Positions 1 through 14,814 of a stretch of DNA of 64,000 nt are shown piece after piece (the first letter of the stretch is position 1; the number at the start of each line of letters is the position of its first letter). The notes beneath the pieces were generated by a model, which saw only the letters and a list, made by a program, of their open reading frames with translations, did not search any database and had not been told where the DNA came from. Origin of the DNA: Vicugna vicugna (Eukaryota); the NCBI GenBank assembly GCA_013265495.1, contig MU058213.1, positions 4,092,001-4,156,000 on the forward strand. The letters run 5' to 3'. A program made the translations under genes and the position numbers.

Positions 1-60
1 TCCCAGCTTTCACTGCTCTGCTTCTCAAGTTCCAAATGGTGTTTCATGTGGTTCATAAAC
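1..60 (-). CDS. ZNF280D: ZNF280D coding exon 11, partial: (R)FMNHMKHHLELEKQSSESW, end of a C2H2 finger
   Basis: Acceptor tttatag| at 62-61; phase completes the AG|G codon from the previous exon; truncated by the window edge. Confidence 0.93.
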
Positions 61-3000
61 CTATAAATGATTGTCAACAGGTGCAAAAATTCAGATTTAA
101 AAACAAAATCTCACAAATAAATACTTGCATCTAAATCTTAAAATTACAGATACATTACTAAAATAAAATCTCAAAAAGCCTTAAAGTCCTCTGGAAAAGT
201 GTGCACTTTAAATAAACACTTTCATTAAGTAGCTAAGTAAACATCTTTTTATCTTTGTTTTAAAATAATTCATTAATACCATTAATCTGACATATCACTA
301 ATTTGTTCTCAATCATTTGAGATTATTAAAAATTTTAAGATAAAACAAGTTTATTTTCCATACAAGAAATACTACTTATATTTTTAAATAAAATACTGAA
401 AGGAAGAAAACTACCACCAAAAGCAACTACAGAGTCATGAGAGAAATCTTTTAAGGCTGTGAAGATATACAATAGATTCCAGCTGCTTAAAAGACAAATT
501 ACTGGTATTTTTACTTGTGTCTTGGTTTCTAAATGCATGTAATAGCAATTTTAATGCCTACAATTACAAGAACCTTTTGTTTTATTTAATGATACTGGTT
601 TACTGTTAGCATAGACTGCTCATTTTAACTTGCAGACTGTGCCCTTTGTAGGCAATGCCCATTTTTCAGTTTTAAATTCTGCTATTTCAGCTTCCCTAAA
701 AGGCTTCTTATGAGCAGGAACTATGACCTTCAATAGCAGAGAGTGCAATAAAAATGGTATACCTATTTAAAAGAGCTTACTGAAGCTTTTTGCTGAATTT
801 GAAAGTAAAGTTATTCAATCAAAGTAACAATTTTTAGACTGGGTCAACTATTAACAATTATTCACTTTGAGTTCCTACAGGAAATAATGTTGAAACTACG
901 TGATGATGTCATCAATGTGGATAGCAATCATCATAAAGGTTATAGCATTTCTTTCTTTTTCACACCTCCACAATACTACTCCTTAGTACAGGTTATGGTG
1001 CACTTTGAAATATCTTTTAGTCTTCCTTTGGTTTCAACATCTGCTCTACAAACACCTACACTAAATCATAGTCTTGGCTAAACATTTACATGTAGAGAAA
1101 ATGTCACGAGCCATTAAACTTTCAGCTCACAACTTTCAGCAATTAAAGTGTATCTATATAAAATAATCTCTTAACTAGCAAGTTTTCTCTCAGTTATTAT
1201 ATGAGCCCCCATTAGGAGTTCATACTACTTAAACCAACAGATGGAAATGAGGGAAACAAAAAAAAAGCAAGCATCTTGCAAGGATATTCACAGAACAAAA
1301 TAAACCTGTTTCAGGTGACACTCCATATAGGAAAAAAAAAAACCGTACTACAATATGTTGACAGGACAGCGAGTAGAAAGTTAGTTACCACTTTCTTACC
1401 ATTCTCTACAAACATCAACTTACCCTCCTAGTTCTTACCAACAATGGAAAATATTACTTAACATGTCTAAATCCTTTGGTTATAAAGTATTTGCCATCAA
1501 GGTTACATTTACTAAACAATCAGTATCTCAAAAGATGTTCAATTCCTGAATGTTACCACATGCTCTTTGCTTAAAATTTCTACATTTTGAGATACTCTAG
1601 AAATATATAACTAGTATTCTGAAACAATGACAAAAAAATTTTTTATTTTCATATGTTTAAAATTAATGTATTAATCTCAAAGGTAAAGCCAAAAAACTAC
1701 TGCTGAAATAATTTCTAATATCATATACATAATATTTGAGTATAACAAAGATCTAAGCTGGTGAGCCATATTTCTATGCTTTTTACTATATTTATTAATA
1801 TGATTTTTCTGGTGTATTTTACTAAAATGGGAAAAATATGGACTGGGGACAGAGCTCTACTGTAATATTGCTTCAGTGTTGTATCACATCCCTTCTGTTA
1901 AACTATTGGGACCATTAGCTATCTATGGTCATTAAAGTTTGAAAAAAGGGAGATAAAAGAAATGTGAAAACTCATGAAATAACATACGTTAGGTAATTTT
2001 TAAAACTATAAATATAAAGCACTATTATAAACAAAACAATAGTTTTTGGAGTGTATCACAGTGTATTTCAGGGTTTTTCTACATGCTTCTTCTTGTACTC
2101 AAGAAGAAATGCTAGGGTCTAGAAATAACCTATAGATGCCTAAGAACGCTATTACAAATAATAAGAGTTATCTCAGGTAACATAAAAAGGCATACATATG
2201 TATGTTTGTATACACACACATACACCTCATCTAAAAGAAATACACTGAAATCTACAACATACTTTGAAATGCATAAAAAAACAGTTTGAAGGATGAATAG
2301 ATATATGATAAAGTAAGTACATTTAAATGCTAGTATAATCAACATGGTAAGTATACAAATGTCTACTATAAAATTTTTAAAATTTTGCTGTATGTTGAAA
2401 ATTTTTAGAATAAAATGATGAAAAACAACCTTACCGAATATAAATGTCAAGCTATACGACCAAAGAAAAGTATCAGTCAATTCGTGTTTTTTACTTTGTT
2501 CTTGTTACTAACTCATTTATAGGCTGATAGCTACTAATATGCAATGTAACTCAAAGATTACAAAGTATAGGTCCCTAAAACTTAAAGGATACGTGTGGAA
2601 AATTTTCAAAATTTCACTGGAAATTATATCTTTAATTTTCACAGAGGTTAAAATTTAAAATCAAAGCAGTCATGTTTCCTAGAATTGGTACTTCTCTAAA
2701 GATCACTTTTCCTGAAAGGTAAATGTTCTAAAATTATAAATATTAACTGAAAGATTTGAGCATTAAATAAGATTAGTACATAAGAGGTCAAACTGGACAA
2801 AACATAACTAAGTGGTTCTTATGAAGAAAAATAAAATTCAAAGGCAGCTAAAAATGAAAATTATCTCACGAAAATTCCTAGATCACTGATAATATCAGGA
2901 AAAGGAGCTAATTTTGTTTTATTTGAAATAATCTGTCCTTTCTTAAGTTATTTTAAAGAAATAAAACTAACTGAATCCAGGAGTCAACTTTAAAATACCA

Positions 3001-3123
3001 GAAAGGACAAAAGCTTTAAAATCGCTTATCTAGAATAGCATAAAAAATGTAAGATAAAGATATAACATTTAAATCTGTAGCATTATAATGGTCAAATAAA
3101 TATAAAAATAAGTGTTTACATAC

Positions 3124-3347
3124 CTAATATTATTTTTTAGAATTTTCAAGCAACTGAAGCATTTAAAGGTTGTGTAAGTCTTCTGTTCTTCCTGCACATC
3201 TCCTTCATGTTTTCCATAATAAAAGTCATTAACCAACATGATCAGTTTTCCTTTTTCTGAATCAATAGTTTTATTTTTATGTGCTGTACTTGAAAATTCT
3301 GTTTTAGCCAGTCCCAAAAAGTTATTTATCATGTCTGGACAACAGTA
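3124..3347 (-). CDS. ZNF280D: ZNF280D coding exon 10 (224 nt): YCCPDMINNFLG...KLIMLVNDFYYGKHEG...FKCFSCLKILKNNIR
   Basis: Acceptor ctctttcag|TAC, donor AG|gtatgt; lies within ORF 3069..3401. Confidence 0.95.
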
Positions 3348-4099
3348 CTGAAAGAGAAAAAAATAAAAGACTTTTTTATTCCTTAAAAAATTAGATAACA
3401 AAACATGATTTTTTGTTTACAACTAAGGCTAGACCATGTAAAGCTATGCTTGGCAACATATCTGGAAAAATATTCACCAAAAGCTAGTGGTGCCTACACA
3501 CACTCAAAAAAATTCAAACAATAAACATCTATTAATAAACAAAAAAATTTTTTAAAAAAGAAAAGGAAAACTTTAAAATGAGGATGTGGCTATTGATCTA
3601 ACAGTTTTTTTTCCTTGCAATTTACCTTTTCAGATGTACATATTTAATAATACTTAAATTAACTAACTAAACATTATTCATATCCATGCCATACAAAGTA
3701 TAGAAAGGAAATGGAATTTTACATGCAATAATGTATGTTTAACTATCAAGTGATGTATTAAATTTCATAATATTTGCTTAGAACTGGACACTGAGCACAG
3801 CTAACGTTCCATTTCTTAGACTCAAGGTGCTGGAAAATGTATGGGGAAAAAATAAAGCATGAGTTACATCTTGAAATCTAGAATGCTTAATTAAATCTTT
3901 GAAGGGGAAATTTAGTTCCTCATGAGAAAAATCAAGATGTCATATAAATTGGTTCCAATCTGAATATTTCATACATAAGCTTTTTTCTTTCAACAAAGTA
4001 TAACTAATTTATTCTACATAATTTTTAGTTTTAGAAGTTCTCTAGGGCAATTTTACTCAAAGGGCAATCCAAGGAAGACCTGTATTAGAAAAACCAGAA

Positions 4100-4215
4100 G
4101 TGCTTGTCAAAATGCTAATCCCTGGGCCCACTCCAAACCAATAAACCAACAGTGTCTAAAGGTAGGACCCAGAAATCTGTATTTTTTAATAAGCCACCAA
4201 GGTAATTCTTTTACA
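4100..4215. mobile_element. MER5A-like hAT-Charlie fragment
   Basis: ctgggcccactcc...ggacccagaaatctgtattttttaataagcc...ggtaattct resembles the MER5A pattern. Confidence 0.6.
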
Positions 4216-5734
4216 ACATAAACCAACTGACATAAACTCTTCCTAAATGCATTATTTAGTACATTATTAGCAAATAAGAAAGTCTGAAAATCTAAACACA
4301 ACTCTATTCCATGTCTAAGATAACAACATCTGCTTCCTCTCCTGCCATACTAAAATGCTAGATTAGTGGTGAAACTTTCTGTGTCACATGGGAAGCCGGA
4401 CTTTTCAAGCCAGACCTACAACATTTCCTTCAATTGTACTTAATTTTGAAACCTATAAAGGAAAAAAATGACCTAAAATAGACAAAAATCTAAAATAGAT
4501 CCAAAAGAGATGAGGAAAAAATACTAAATAAAATGGACTGACAAAAAGTGACATCATCTGTGCTTAGAAGTTAAGGTTTCATCCATAAGCTAAATTAGGA
4601 TAAATATATTAGTTCTCTAATACAATATGATCCTCTGTAGTCAACCACTCTGAACAACTACAGTTGAAATGAAATCACAATAAACAGAGGGAATTGAGAA
4701 AGATTTTGCTATCTATGCTTCTAGATTCTTCTTCAGACATAATATTAAGAGCTCACACTCAGGAAAGTCAAACTGTCATAAATATACTCATAAATGTTTA
4801 ATAGATTATCAAATGTTTGTTCTTCCATTTTTCTTTTTTTTACAGAAAAGATAAGATCAGATTTTTAATGTAAACATATAAATCTCATTCACAGTATCTT
4901 TTAAACAATGTTTCAGATCCCTATAAAATAGCTGAATGATAAACCACTGACAAACAAGAATGAGCAAAGTGCATTGAACTAGGTTGGAGGATTTAGTAAT
5001 TGAGAGGAAAGCAAAGTAGCCTATAGAAAATATCCAAGAGGCAAGCAAGTTAAGAAATGAGAACCAGGCTTAGATTTAAAGTTTTATAGGAAGACAAAGC
5101 AAACTATGAATGGCATGGCTGAATTATGGCCCAAGACCAACTGGTCAATCTTCTACTCAGCCTTCGTACCCTTTGGTGCTAGAGCTTCACTGTAACCTCC
5201 AGTTCATCCCTTATTTCCTTGGGTTAGCCTTTATGTAAATACTTAACACTTTAATGCCACTTACTGTAATTTGACAAATAGCAGATACCATCTAAACGTC
5301 CTTTTCATCTTTACTCCTCCCAATATGGTAGTACCTAAAACTTTAGGTAGATTTTCAGCACAAAGAAGGTGGATGCCATTTTTAAACAGTAAAATAGAAC
5401 TTCCTATATGATCGTCCTACGTAAGTCAGCATTTTCTCATTCTCTTCCTGAGATTCATCCAAAAGCCACAATAAGCAAATATGAAAATTTTTATTTTCAT
5501 TGAAATTAAGAGTCAGATAGAATCCATAGACTCCACAACATATGAAAGCACTACCCAAGGAGCCAAGATCAGGCAGAAGACATGCAGTTGGAAGTAGGTC
5601 AGAGAAGTCCAAAGAATCCAATGTTAACAGATCTTAGAAAGTATCTGCAAAAGTATACATTCTCAAGATGAAATACATACCCTGAAGTGCAAATCTATAT
5701 CCTTTATTTGCAAAACCAGGTACAGGAGCTGGGG

Positions 5735-7960
5735 CAAGAAAGATGGCTGAAGTTCTGCAAATCTCACTCGTTCAGTACAGAGAAGCAGAAAAGACAACAC
5801 TACATATAAAATCAGACACACAAGTCATACTTGCAGGAAGCTTTCTACCCAGCAAGGAGTTGCATAAATCACCAATTAGGCTGTGTGATTATCCTTGCAA
5901 CCCATGCTTCCCAAAAGGAGTCTTGTACAAAACAGCTAGCCCGAGAAAATCTAACTTGTTTAATATGATAGAAACTTACATCTAAATAAAAATACTTCAA
6001 GACAAAAGGAGGAAAATGTAAAATTCTCACAAAAACACCTTGGAGTAGATGCAGAGGGAAATACTGGCCAACATTTTTGCCACAAATTTAAAAAACTTAA
6101 TGAAGTAACTATGTCTATTTGGAAGACCACAAAGCAAGAGATGTCAAGACAAAAGGAAGACAAAAAGAGTGGCAAAATCAAGAGGAACAGCAGAGGGGAA
6201 AAAAAAAAATCAGAGATAAACACAAGTTAGAAAAGAATACAGTGGTGAACAGATATTGGAAAATAAAATAAAGGATACTAGTAATGAGAAAAGTGAACTA
6301 AACTGAAACAAAGGAAGAAAAAAGAAGAAAAGAGAAGAAAAGAAATTAGTAAGATTAGGAAGAAAATGACAGATGTGCCAGACAAAAAAACAGTGAACAA
6401 ATGCATCCTGAATAACAACCCCCCTCAAAAAAAAAATTGTATGGAATAAATATTTAAACATACAAATGAAGAAAAGCTGCACTGAAATAAAGGAAGACAC
6501 AAATATACAAGCTGAAAGAACATATTGTATGTTAAGAGAAGATTAATCCAAAATTCCCAGCACCAAGTCATTATAAACTATCAGCCTTCCAAAACGAAGA
6601 TTCCTGTGGTCAGCCAGCATAATGATCAAATCTCTTACAAAGGGCAAAATAATTCAGGCTTATCCCAAATTCTCAACAACACACTATATTGTAAAACAAA
6701 AGTACCATCAACAAGATCTTCACAATGGGATCCAACTTTATATCCAGCCAAACTATCTTTCAAAAATGGGCTATAGTCAAACTGTTTTGAATATGAAATA
6801 ATTCAAAGAATATTGTTCCCAGGCCCTTCTTGAGGAAATTACTAGAGGATGAACTTCAGTCAAACAAGAGATAATCAAAGAAATCATGACAAAAAGACTG
6901 GTGGTGAATACTGAATATATTTACTGTGGAAAAGGATTAAAACAAATATAGAAATGAGGTTAAGAAAATCAAATGAAAATGTTACATGCCCTGACAATAG
7001 AAAAATGACACAACCAACAAATTGAAACTGAGAGAGGGTAAAAGAATAATAAATACGAGGTCAAGAAAGTTCATAGATTGCTTCACATATGTTAGCAGCG
7101 TATCAATCAATGAATATAATTTAGAGTTACCAAATAAAGAAGCATAGATATAAGTATTTTTAATAGTACAAAGGTAAACATTCAGATAATATTGACTAAA
7201 ATCAGTAGGAGAGGAAAAGGTAGAGATGAGGTTAAAAACAGGAAATTTAATGCTACTTTAATCAATTTAAATAGATGAGAATGGCCAAAGAAATAAAAGA
7301 CTACTAGAATTATATTAGCATTAAAATTAGAAGGATAAGGATAAACAGGGGAACAAAATACAGCTTCTCGAAAAACCCAAATTACATACATATAAAGCAA
7401 CTACATAGTGAAAAACATAAAGAGATAAAGAAAAGAAAGGATAACAAAACAATTGTGACAGAACAAGGAGCAAATAAATCTATCATATCAACGCATATAA
7501 ATAAATTTAACTCAACTACTGAAACAAAAAATATCTTTATACAGGATCACAAAGGATCACAACTCTGCTTAAAGCAAGTGGCATGCTTAAAACCAAGTGA
7601 CACAGACAGTTTAAAATAAAAGGAAAACAAAAAATATACTTGGCAAATAGAAACTATAAGAAAACAAAGGTTGTAGCCTAAAAGGCATTAAACTTTAAGA
7701 AAAAGAGAACATTTTATAAAAATGCTAAAGGATGCATTCACAATACAGTTTCTCAATCCATGATAGATCAGGTAGGAAAGAAAGTGAAAAATATAGGGAA
7801 AAAAGTGATAATATAGAAATCTAAATTATATAATCAATAAGCTAGATTTGGTTGATAAATATCAAATTTCATACCCTGAAAAAGAAATAATGTACCTATC
7901 TTCAAGTTTCCATGTAACATTAAATAGGCCATGAACTTGTCAAAAGGAAAAAAAATTAGT
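5735..7960 (+). mobile_element. Ancient, degraded L1 (L1M/HAL1-type) remnant
   Basis: A-rich sense strand; ORF1 C-terminal motif LYPAKLSFK in ORF 6525..6776; L1-like 5' start aagatggc. Confidence 0.6.
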
Positions 7961-9931
7961 ATTTGGGAGAAGTTGAGCTTTATACCATTAAAGGTTTGAA
8001 TGCCACTTACACAAATTAACTGACTATAAAACAATGAGAAAAATGAATTTCCTAAGGATTAAATGAAATAATATATTTAAAGCATAGTTGTCTGTCACAT
8101 GGTCTCAGATAAGTAAATTGTTCTTATTATTGTAGCATATTTGAATTACGTTTTAGATATTTTTGATATTCTTCATTGAAAGAAAACATTACTTCTATGG
8201 TATAGTCATCCTATAATAAAAGCAAAAAAATTTTATAAATAATCTAAAAATCACATTTTTTTCAAAATGGAAATAATTATTGCAATACTAAAACTTTAAC
8301 TGATATAAAAAATGCCTATGCCAGAACATAAAAAAATCTCCATAATTTTATATGTCCCTTTCTAGAGTTGGTGACTATTCTGTAAGATTTCATTATGATA
8401 CATGTACATATAATACATTGTTCATAATATATTCAACTATAATATATCTTAAAGCTATCTTCCCATATAATCATTATAGAGATTCCATCCTTTTAAAAAA
8501 TGCTGCATAGTGTCCTATTATATGTATATTACAAGAAGTTTTGGTTGTTTCTAATATGAACAATCAAACAATGCTATAATATGTTTTGGAATTAAAGCTA
8601 CAATTTGGAATATGGTTGCCAGTCTCACCACATACATAAGTATATATAACATGCTAGAGCCTGTATATAAAATAGAGAGGAAACAATATTTGTGTTCACC
8701 TGTATATGCAGAAAGAAAATCAGGGAGGAGAGAAAACAAAGTAATAAAAATTATCTTCTTTGAGAGTCATACTGGGAACTGGGTAAATAAGAGACAGAGG
8801 TAAGAGTTTTTATTTGTATGTTTTTGTAAGCTTTTAAATTTTGAATCATATGATTACATTACCTAATGAAATAAAGATAACTAAAGATTCTAGCCCTTTC
8901 TTTTTCCTCTTTATTCCAAAATGCAAAACATAAAGAACATCAGGTATCTCATCAAAATATTACATACACAGGAAAATTGAAAGCACTTGTACAGGTTAAT
9001 TCTCACATGAGAATAAAGCACAGTGTGCAATTATCAGGGACTACCCACTGCAAGCTGGAAGTAGTGACAGACTAAATACAGTTTTATATGTAAATAAAAA
9101 GATTGTATTCATTCCATCTTTTCCTTCCTTCTTTTCTTCATATACTCTACACTGCCTTTTTTCTTGTTTCATCCCCCTCTTCCTTCCATTTATAAGGGGC
9201 AGAGAAGAGGAATATAGGCTAACTTTACACAGACATAGTAGTATACTGTAATATCTACTTAAATATTTTAAGTGTTACCTAAAACTCTAACTTCATTTGT
9301 ACACTGAAAATTTTTTAAAATCTAATTTCAGGAGCTTCCTGTACCAACAAAAAGCTCAAAGTAATTTATAACAATTACACAAACTATATTCTGGACTGAG
9401 TAAAAACAATTATTACATATGAAACACTCCACCATTTGGAGTTTATATCTGAGTGTTGAAAACTATAAGTATAACTAAGATTTTCACTGTGTAATGTGAT
9501 GTGCACGTTAGCACGAACAAAAACGACAACTAAAGGAACTGTTAACTTATATAAAATATTAAACATAATGCCTATTTTTTAAAGAAGTTTCAAGTATGTG
9601 TAAGACAGTAAATGGTATATTCTGATTAATGCATTATTTTCATATAAAATTAGAGTACAATAAGCATACATTATAATGTATATGAACTTAATTTTAAAAA
9701 CTTGATAATTTGGAAGGAACTTTAAATTTTCACATGATGATAATCAATATGAATATAAATTTTTACCTATGTTATATGTAAATACCAATATAATAAATTT
9801 TATATATGTTATATATTATATTATACCTTATATATACTATATATCTAAACAAACCATTATTTACTGTAACTCAATCAATATTTTTAGGAATCTGAAAATT
9901 TTTTTAAAATTAAATTTTTAAAAAGTTTTAC

Positions 9932-10041
9932 CTTCATGTGATTTTTCAAAGGATCCAAAAGATTGAAATGAATATTGCACTTTGGACAAGCTCTTGGAAA
10001 AGGTGTTCCATTTTTAGATTGATTTGATGAGGTATTTGTAC
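9932..10041 (-). CDS. ZNF280D: ZNF280D coding exon 9 (110 nt): GTNTSSNQSKNGTPFPRACPKCNIHFNLLDPLKNHMK
   Basis: Acceptor attttag|GT, donor AAG|gtaaaa; frame consistent with both neighbours. Confidence 0.95.
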
Positions 10042-10182
10042 CTAAAATAAATTAAAAATATATATGATTCAAAATTCATCACTTTTCAACCTTCAATAAC
10101 CACTATTAATAGTTTGTACTACAATTTCTGTAATTTATGTATAAATATAATTTCTTTTTTATATGCTACATTTCATATTTAC

Positions 10183-10353
10183 CTTTTGATGGCACAGCCT
10201 GGGGAGATGTCACAGAAAGAGATTTGACTGAAGGAAATATAGCTGATGAATCTGTTCCAGAAACACCTTCACTGGGCTTAGACTTTTTTGGATTAACACT
10301 GTTTACTTCAGATGTAGAAGGACGTTTTGATAAAAATGAACTTTCATTCATAC
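10183..10353 (-). CDS. ZNF280D: ZNF280D coding exon 8 (171 nt): GMNESSFLSKRPSTSEVNSVNPKKSKPSE...PQAVPSK
   Basis: Acceptor attgtag|GT, donor G|gtaaat; ORF 10166..10351. Confidence 0.95.
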
Positions 10354-11329
10354 CTACAATGATTTAAATAGCGGGAAAAATACTTTTAAAGATTTTATAA
10401 TATTGCTTACTACTAAGTAAAAATACTCCAGAACTAAAGGTAAGATAACTGAATTATCATATCATACAAATGACAATAATGATTAAATGACATAATCAAA
10501 AGTTAGGGGATACACTATACAAACATCTATTATGTACTATATATATTCAAATAAATCATAAAATATCTTTCTATGCAAGAAAATACTAAACATGGCTTCA
10601 AAAAGGAAATAGACAGCTGTTATGAAAGAAGGCAGATCAAAATACACCAAGCCAAAAAAAAAAAAAAAAAAAAGAAAAAAGAAAAAAATTGAATCAAACT
10701 AAGTTCCCTTAAATGAATTAATTTCAGATGCTTAAGTGAATTAGAGTTAGTTAAAAAAAAAAAAAAACCCAAAAATTTAGAGAGACCCTTTAGAAGCTTT
10801 CTAGTCAACAAATTTAAATGTGTAAGGAAAAGATAGCTCTTTAACTACCTATCAAAGAAGTGGTCTACTCATGGCTATAGGTTATAGCATCCATTTATTT
10901 CTACATACAAAGTAGAAACAACTAATTTTGAATGACAATACCCCATTTATTCATATAAAAGGGCTCATAATGGAAGGAGTTAGTACAATGGTTTACAAAT
11001 CATCTTCCCCAGAGCCTAATGGGTTCCTCTTAAGGAATACACTGGGTGCCTCAGAGAAACTCTCCTTTTATATTTATTAGACTTTTGCACAAAATTTTGT
11101 TTTTACAGAGATTTCATTCCTAAAAATAGTTTTTAGTTTGAAAACTATCACCTTAAAGCTAAGAGCATTAGCAAGAGAAATGGGGATATTTAGGCTATAA
11201 CCAGGCCAGGTAAAAGTCCTTTTTTGAGAATAAGACACAACTATACTTGGTAATAAGGATTTTAAAACTGCACATCATATTTTAATGCTCCCAACTGTAC
11301 ACTAGAAGTAGAAGCGGTAAATATATTAG

Positions 11330-11575
11330 AAATATTCCAGGCTTTTAAATCAGACAGGCTAAGTTCAAATCCAGGATCTGTCACTGACTAGCTATGTATT
11401 CTTAGCTTATTTAAGTAATTCTCTGAGCCTCAATTTTCTCTTTTGTAAAATAAGAGTTATAATACTTTATTTTACTGAGTTGTTTTACGATCCAGTAAGA
11501 TAGTGTATTTAAAGCACCCAATACAATATTTGGCACACAGAAAGCATTCAGTAATAAATGACAGCTATTGTCATT
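11330..11575 (+). mobile_element. MIR SINE
   Basis: gttcaaatcc...ctctgagcctcaattttctcttttgtaaaat...tggcacacagaaagcattcagtaataaatg. Confidence 0.8.
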
Positions 11576-12953
11576 CTAACAAAATATTTTATATCTTAAC
11601 TCACTTTAGATGGAAAAAAATTAATAGATTCACCTGTCAGCTCTTTAATAAGGGGAAATATGCCAGAAAAATAAGAGTATTACAGAAGTTGGCTCCTCTG
11701 TTTCATCCTCTAAGATAATATAAAAATGATTTTTTCCCCATCTTCAAAGCACAGGATTACTGATGGCTACACTATGGGTAGCTGGAAAAGATTTTGCGTG
11801 ATCGCAGCAGCATTCTTAGGAGATGCTTAGGTTACTTGAAAAGCCAATGAGTGTAGGTATTTTGGATTAAGATTCTGATCATATAGTGTAACAGGCTAGA
11901 TGGTGCTAAAAGAATTTTACTATAAGAATTTTTTAACATAAGAAATAAAAGCACTCTGCATTTAAGAATTTTAAAATCTGACCCTTTAACTTATTTACCT
12001 CTATTGTCTTTGGCTTGTGTTGTTTCCTATACTCAACAGTTTTCTCTCTCCCAGTAAAAACCCTATTCTCATTCAACAGCAAACTACTCAAACCCAATTC
12101 TCTCCAAATAACCATGGTCACTTGACAATGATCGGTTAACCATACTACTGAACATACGGCACCTATTATCATTCATAACAATGTTTGTTGTCAAGTGTTT
12201 TAAAGCTTATGATCATTTCACATTTTATATACCTTATTTGGGCCTCAGAAAGCCCTAACTAAAATAGAGCAAGGATTAAAATTATATCTACAAATGACTG
12301 ATTCCAGGTCTGGAGAATGAATGTATTAAATAAGAAAAACAAAATCTCCATTTTAATAATATGAGAAAACTGAAGTGTAAAGACTTGCTCAAGACTGCAA
12401 AAAGCTTAAGAATAGCAGTTCACATCTACAGGCTAAAATCTCGCTCTGCAGTAAAAAACTTAGAGAACAGGAGTCACTGTTCAAGAAACTTCTTGGGAGT
12501 AAGGATACTTTATAACGATACTCTATGATCAGATTTCATACCAAAATCATTTATTGAATAGGAACACACTAACCTAATTAAGAAACCAACCATAATAATA
12601 CACTTTTCTGCACTAGTGGCCACAGAACCTAATTAATACTTCTTGTAACAGAGTATTTAGGGTATCAGAGGGCTTCTCTAACATACAGAAATTATTTTAA
12701 GATTTTTCAGCCCGTATTTAATGCCAAGTGAGAACAAGTTCAAAGTTGGTTAACCTACTTACCAGGAAGAAATAAAATATTTTATTATTAAATAAGATTT
12801 TATTTAAAATCACCAAGAAAGTCATTCAAGAACTATCAGCACCATTCTACCTTACAGTATGTGAAAACTTCACATGAACGCATGGACTTCAATTCCGTAT
12901 GTATATTCATTACATTTCTTTTCCTAATTTTTTGAAAAAGTGCTAAAACCAAC

Positions 12954-13071
12954 CTGCTATAGAAAGTGTTGGTCCCCCTTGGTAATGTGGTAATCCTGTA
13001 TCCTGGGTCAAGTCAAACAGTAACTCTGAAGAATTACTAGATACAACTCGTGATGAGTTCATTATGTAACC
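12954..13071 (-). CDS. ZNF280D: ZNF280D coding exon 7 (118 nt): GYIMNSSRVVSSNSSELLFDLTQDTGLPHYQGGPTLSIA
   Basis: Acceptor ttttaacag|GGT, donor GCAG|gttggt; translated by hand. Confidence 0.93.
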
Positions 13072-14814
13072 CTGTTAAAATATTTCAAAGGAAGAATATT
13101 ACATGTATTCAACATAGTTACAAGTATTTTGTCTCATAAACTTTTGTAAGGGTAAATTTATCTACATGCCAATATTACAAGGATAACCTTTGAAGACTCC
13201 ATTACTAATACATTATAAAACACAAATGCAATTATTGCACTCTGCCAAAATGATCGTCTACTAAAACTGAAAGCAAGCTATTACTTAGAGCTGGCTTATT
13301 CCTGACTAGCCAATTAAAATGGGGGGGAGGGGGGTTCTGGTCTGATTTTTATCAAGATGAAAGAAATATAAATCCATTTTAATTCAATAAGATTGGTACA
13401 CTTTAGAGGGTTACTAAAAATTGAATATTCCTATAAAAGAGCAAATAATAGAGCTTATTAAAATCTTTGGGTAAAAGTAAGGAAAAAATAAGAAAACATA
13501 TTGATATGAGTACAAATTTAAAAGCTTCTGTACCCTTTTATACCTCTATAAACCTCACAGATAAAATATCAGGGCAAACAAATTGGGAATCAATCTGCAA
13601 TATGGTGCATCAGGGTTAGGGATGACTATATCACGTGGTATCATTTTTGGAATCATCTTTATTGGCAAAATTCATAAGCCAAGGGTCAGGAAAAGAAAGA
13701 ATGGGTTCCCTACTCTTCTCACCATCCCACAGAAAGCCATGCTGGGACAGGCAGTCTCCCATCTCATAGGGCAAACATGAAAGCTGCCTGTCAGCAGGGT
13801 GAACAAGTAAGAAAGTCAGGCAAAAATGGTTTTAGAATGGAAGCTGTTTATAGGAATCATCTGAGGCAGCTGCTTTGCTCCTAGAGGCCAGAGGTCTCAA
13901 GGAAAGTTTCAGCCCTTCCATCAGGAGAAAGGGTGGTCTCAGATAGCAGGAAGATATCAAGAAGAGAAGAGTGAGAAGTATGAGATGACTCATAATATAG
14001 CCAAGTACAACGTAGTAAAAATTTATATGTTAGCACACATATATTTAGTATAAATAATTATTGAAAGTGTGGTCAATATAATTTAGGGATACACATGCAC
14101 ACCAAAATGATTATATAGTAAATACACTGATACACACATACACAAAATAGATTCCAGTGCTATTTATGAAAGACCATCACTGTGGAGAGTAAGCTCTTAG
14201 AGTGACTTCTGGTTCATTCTATATGTCATAATACATAAAAACAAAAGTTTTAAGATCAACAATGCTTAAAAGATCAAAAGGGAAAAAGTCACTTTAAGAG
14301 AAAAATGGGGAAAGGACACAAACTGAGGTTCTTCAAAAGCAAAATATAAATGACCAACACACACAAAAAACTTTTTTTCCAACTACTAGTCAAAGAAATA
14401 CAAATAAAGAGAATGGTGATTTTTAACTATTGGTAATATTTTATAGACAATATTACATAATACAAAATAACTGCCACTCCTCTTAAAATTATCAAGCGCG
14501 TAATAGAAAAAGAATAAGTAACTGTAGGAAAATATGAGGAGACTAAGATACAACTAACTGCAAGGTGTGATCCTGAATAGGCTCCTGGGAAAAATAAATG
14601 ACAATAATGGAAAAACTGGTAAAATTCAAATAAAGTTAGCTATAAGATTTTAGCATCAGGGAAAAATGGGTTAGGGGTATACTGTATTATTTTTCCTCTA
14701 AGTCTAAAATTAGTTTGAAATAAAATTAAAATTCATGAATAAAAATTAATGATAACATTTACTATTGGCAATGTAGAGGTTATATTTAGGTATAACTTTT
14801 CTGCAGGAAAATTT

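Noticed and set aside
880..960. C/D box snoRNA suggested by TGATGA motifs
   Set aside because: No suitably spaced CTGA D box or terminal stem on the host-gene strand.
10137..10367. Antisense ORFs over coding exons (also 22806..23063)
   Set aside because: Shadows of real exons on the opposite strand with no independent evidence.
12755..12900. Extra exon downstream of exon 7 (donor-like gtaagt and gtaagg)
   Set aside because: No convincing acceptor or open frame; exons 7 and 8 already join in frame.
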